Source: Zancudomyces culisetae HAW-14-8 | Lineage: Eukaryota; Fungi; Kickxellomycota | Direction: 5' to 3' | Assembly: GCA_052426225.1 (NCBI GenBank) | Contig: JBNJNM010000010.1 | Coordinates: forward strand, 558,001 to 622,000 | DNA: 64,000 nucleotides | Shown here: in pieces, positions 62,882-64,000 of the stretch | Layout: each line of letters starts with the position of its first letter | Position numbering within the stretch: the first letter of the stretch is position 1 | Notes under the pieces: model-generated | Told to the model about the DNA's origin: nothing | Database searches by the model: none | Seen by the model: only the letters and a program-made list of their open reading frames with translations | Translations under genes and position numbers: made by a program

Positions 62882-64000
62882 CTAATGAAACGTATCCATT
62901 TCTAGCACTTCCTTATCATAGTGTCTAAACAAAATATAAAAGACAACAGCAAAAACTCCCAAGAGAACTGTTTGTCCTGCAAAGCTATATAAAATAGTCG
63001 GATTCCCTGACCAAATAGCTAGAACCATTCCTATAAGAGAACCAAAACAGTTTGTAAGCAAAAATAAGGAAGTAAGAAAGGATTTGAGCTCTGAGGGTGC
63101 CTGAGAAAATGCGTATTCTAACCCGGTAACTGACGAAAAGATTTCAGAGATACCTATTGCTACATATGCAGGAAGCTGCCACCAAACACTAATGTTGTTA
63201 GATGCATTTTTTGGTACATTTGGGCCTGTGAAATCATAATATGGACCCGTATTGTATATGGCTCTCTGTAGTATCGTTACATACACAAACGCCACTACCA
63301 CAATTATAAAACCTATAAAGATCCTTAATATTGGACCAAGGTTGATTTTTTTCTTTTTAAGAAATGGAAATAACAAAGAATCGAATATTGGAATAAATAT
63401 AATAAGTGCCAATGAGTTGAAGAGGTTTAGTTGCTCCGACTGAAGCCAGCTCGGAAGCTTCATTGTTTTACCCTGAAATATAAAGTTGTCTGACATATTT
63501 CCATACAAAGCCCAATAGATTGGATAAAAACAAAACACTTTGCATGCACGGATAGATCTCTTCAATCCATCCACAAATGCATCATCCCATTCACTCACCT
63601 CTGCCCCCTTAGCATAGTCTAACCAGTGTTCACAGTTTTTATTTCTGTCCTCCTTTTTACATTTTTTTGCATACTTGACACATCTTATTACTTTGCCCAT
63701 TACCGAACCTGATACCTTTTTATAAAAATATAACTTATATCCAGAAAAAAAAATAGTGATGCACACTGCCATTAGAACTGCTGGTAAGGCGTATGCATAC
63801 GTATACCCAGCCTTTTCCTTTATATATGGACAAATTAACATTCCAAAAAACGCACCGATATTTATCGCCCAGTAGAAATATCTGAAAAGTCGCTCTGTGG
63901 TTGCTCTGGAATCAATGTATACCCCAGGTGTATCCGTTTTTTTAAACCCTACGTATATCTGCTCTGCCGCAAACGATGAAACGTTTGCTTTTATCCCGCC
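62882..64000 (-). CDS. PTR2: POT/PTR2-family proton-dependent oligopeptide transporter, 3' part
   Basis: The frame continues to the window end ('GGIKANVSSFAAEQI', 'FRYFYWAINIGA'). Also 'ISVWWQLPAYVAIGISEIFSSVTGLEYAFSQAP' and multiple TM helices. Confidence 0.93.
   Translation of the reverse strand, partial: GGIKANVSSFAAEQIYVGFKKTDTPGVYIDSRATTERLFRYFYWAINIGAFFGMLICPYIKEKAGYTYAYALPAVLMAVCITIFFSGYKLYFYKKVSGSVMGKVIRCVKYAKKCKKEDRNKNCEHWLDYAKGAEVSEWDDAFVDGLKRSIRACKVFCFYPIYWALYGNMSDNFIFQGKTMKLPSWLQSEQLNLFNSLALIIFIPIFDSLLFPFLKKKKINLGPILRIFIGFIIVVVAFVYVTILQRAIYNTGPYYDFTGPNVPKNASNNISVWWQLPAYVAIGISEIFSSVTGLEYAFSQAPSELKSFLTSLFLLTNCFGSLIGMVLAIWSGNPTILYSFAGQTVLLGVFAVVFYILFRHYDKEVLEMDTFH

Overview
AT-rich eukaryotic genomic DNA with GT-AG introns and a fungal housekeeping gene set. 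Retention of Integrator subunit 7, an RPAP3-type C-terminal domain and a tomosyn-type SNARE tail suggests an early-diverging (non-Dikarya) fungus; this is inference only. About 19 protein-coding genes were found: an unknown gene cut by the left edge, tomosyn/Sro7, PSMD5/Hsm3, ATRIP/Rad26-like, G3BP/Bre5, RPAP3-like, WDR89, MRPL24 (bL28m), ATE1, NBR1-like, a CRESS-virus Rep-like gene, INTS7-like, KIN1, ARH1, mago nashi, ICP55, SWS2, HSP90, RACK1/ASC1 and a PTR2-type transporter cut by the right edge. RACK1 intron 2 holds a clear U24 box C/D snoRNA. The most unusual element is a solitary, intronless, uninterrupted gemini/genomovirus-type Rep gene (HUH domain plus SF3 helicase) at 34658-35839. 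Its catalytic nuclease residues are substituted (HUH to H-I-Y, catalytic Tyr to His), and I found no capsid gene or origin hairpin nearby, so it is a candidate domesticated viral pseudo-enzyme. Other leads are a greatly expanded fungal Integrator subunit 7 and an unexplained multi-hairpin segment between RACK1 and HSP90. Exon boundaries were read by eye, and family assignments come from remembered motifs rather than database searches.
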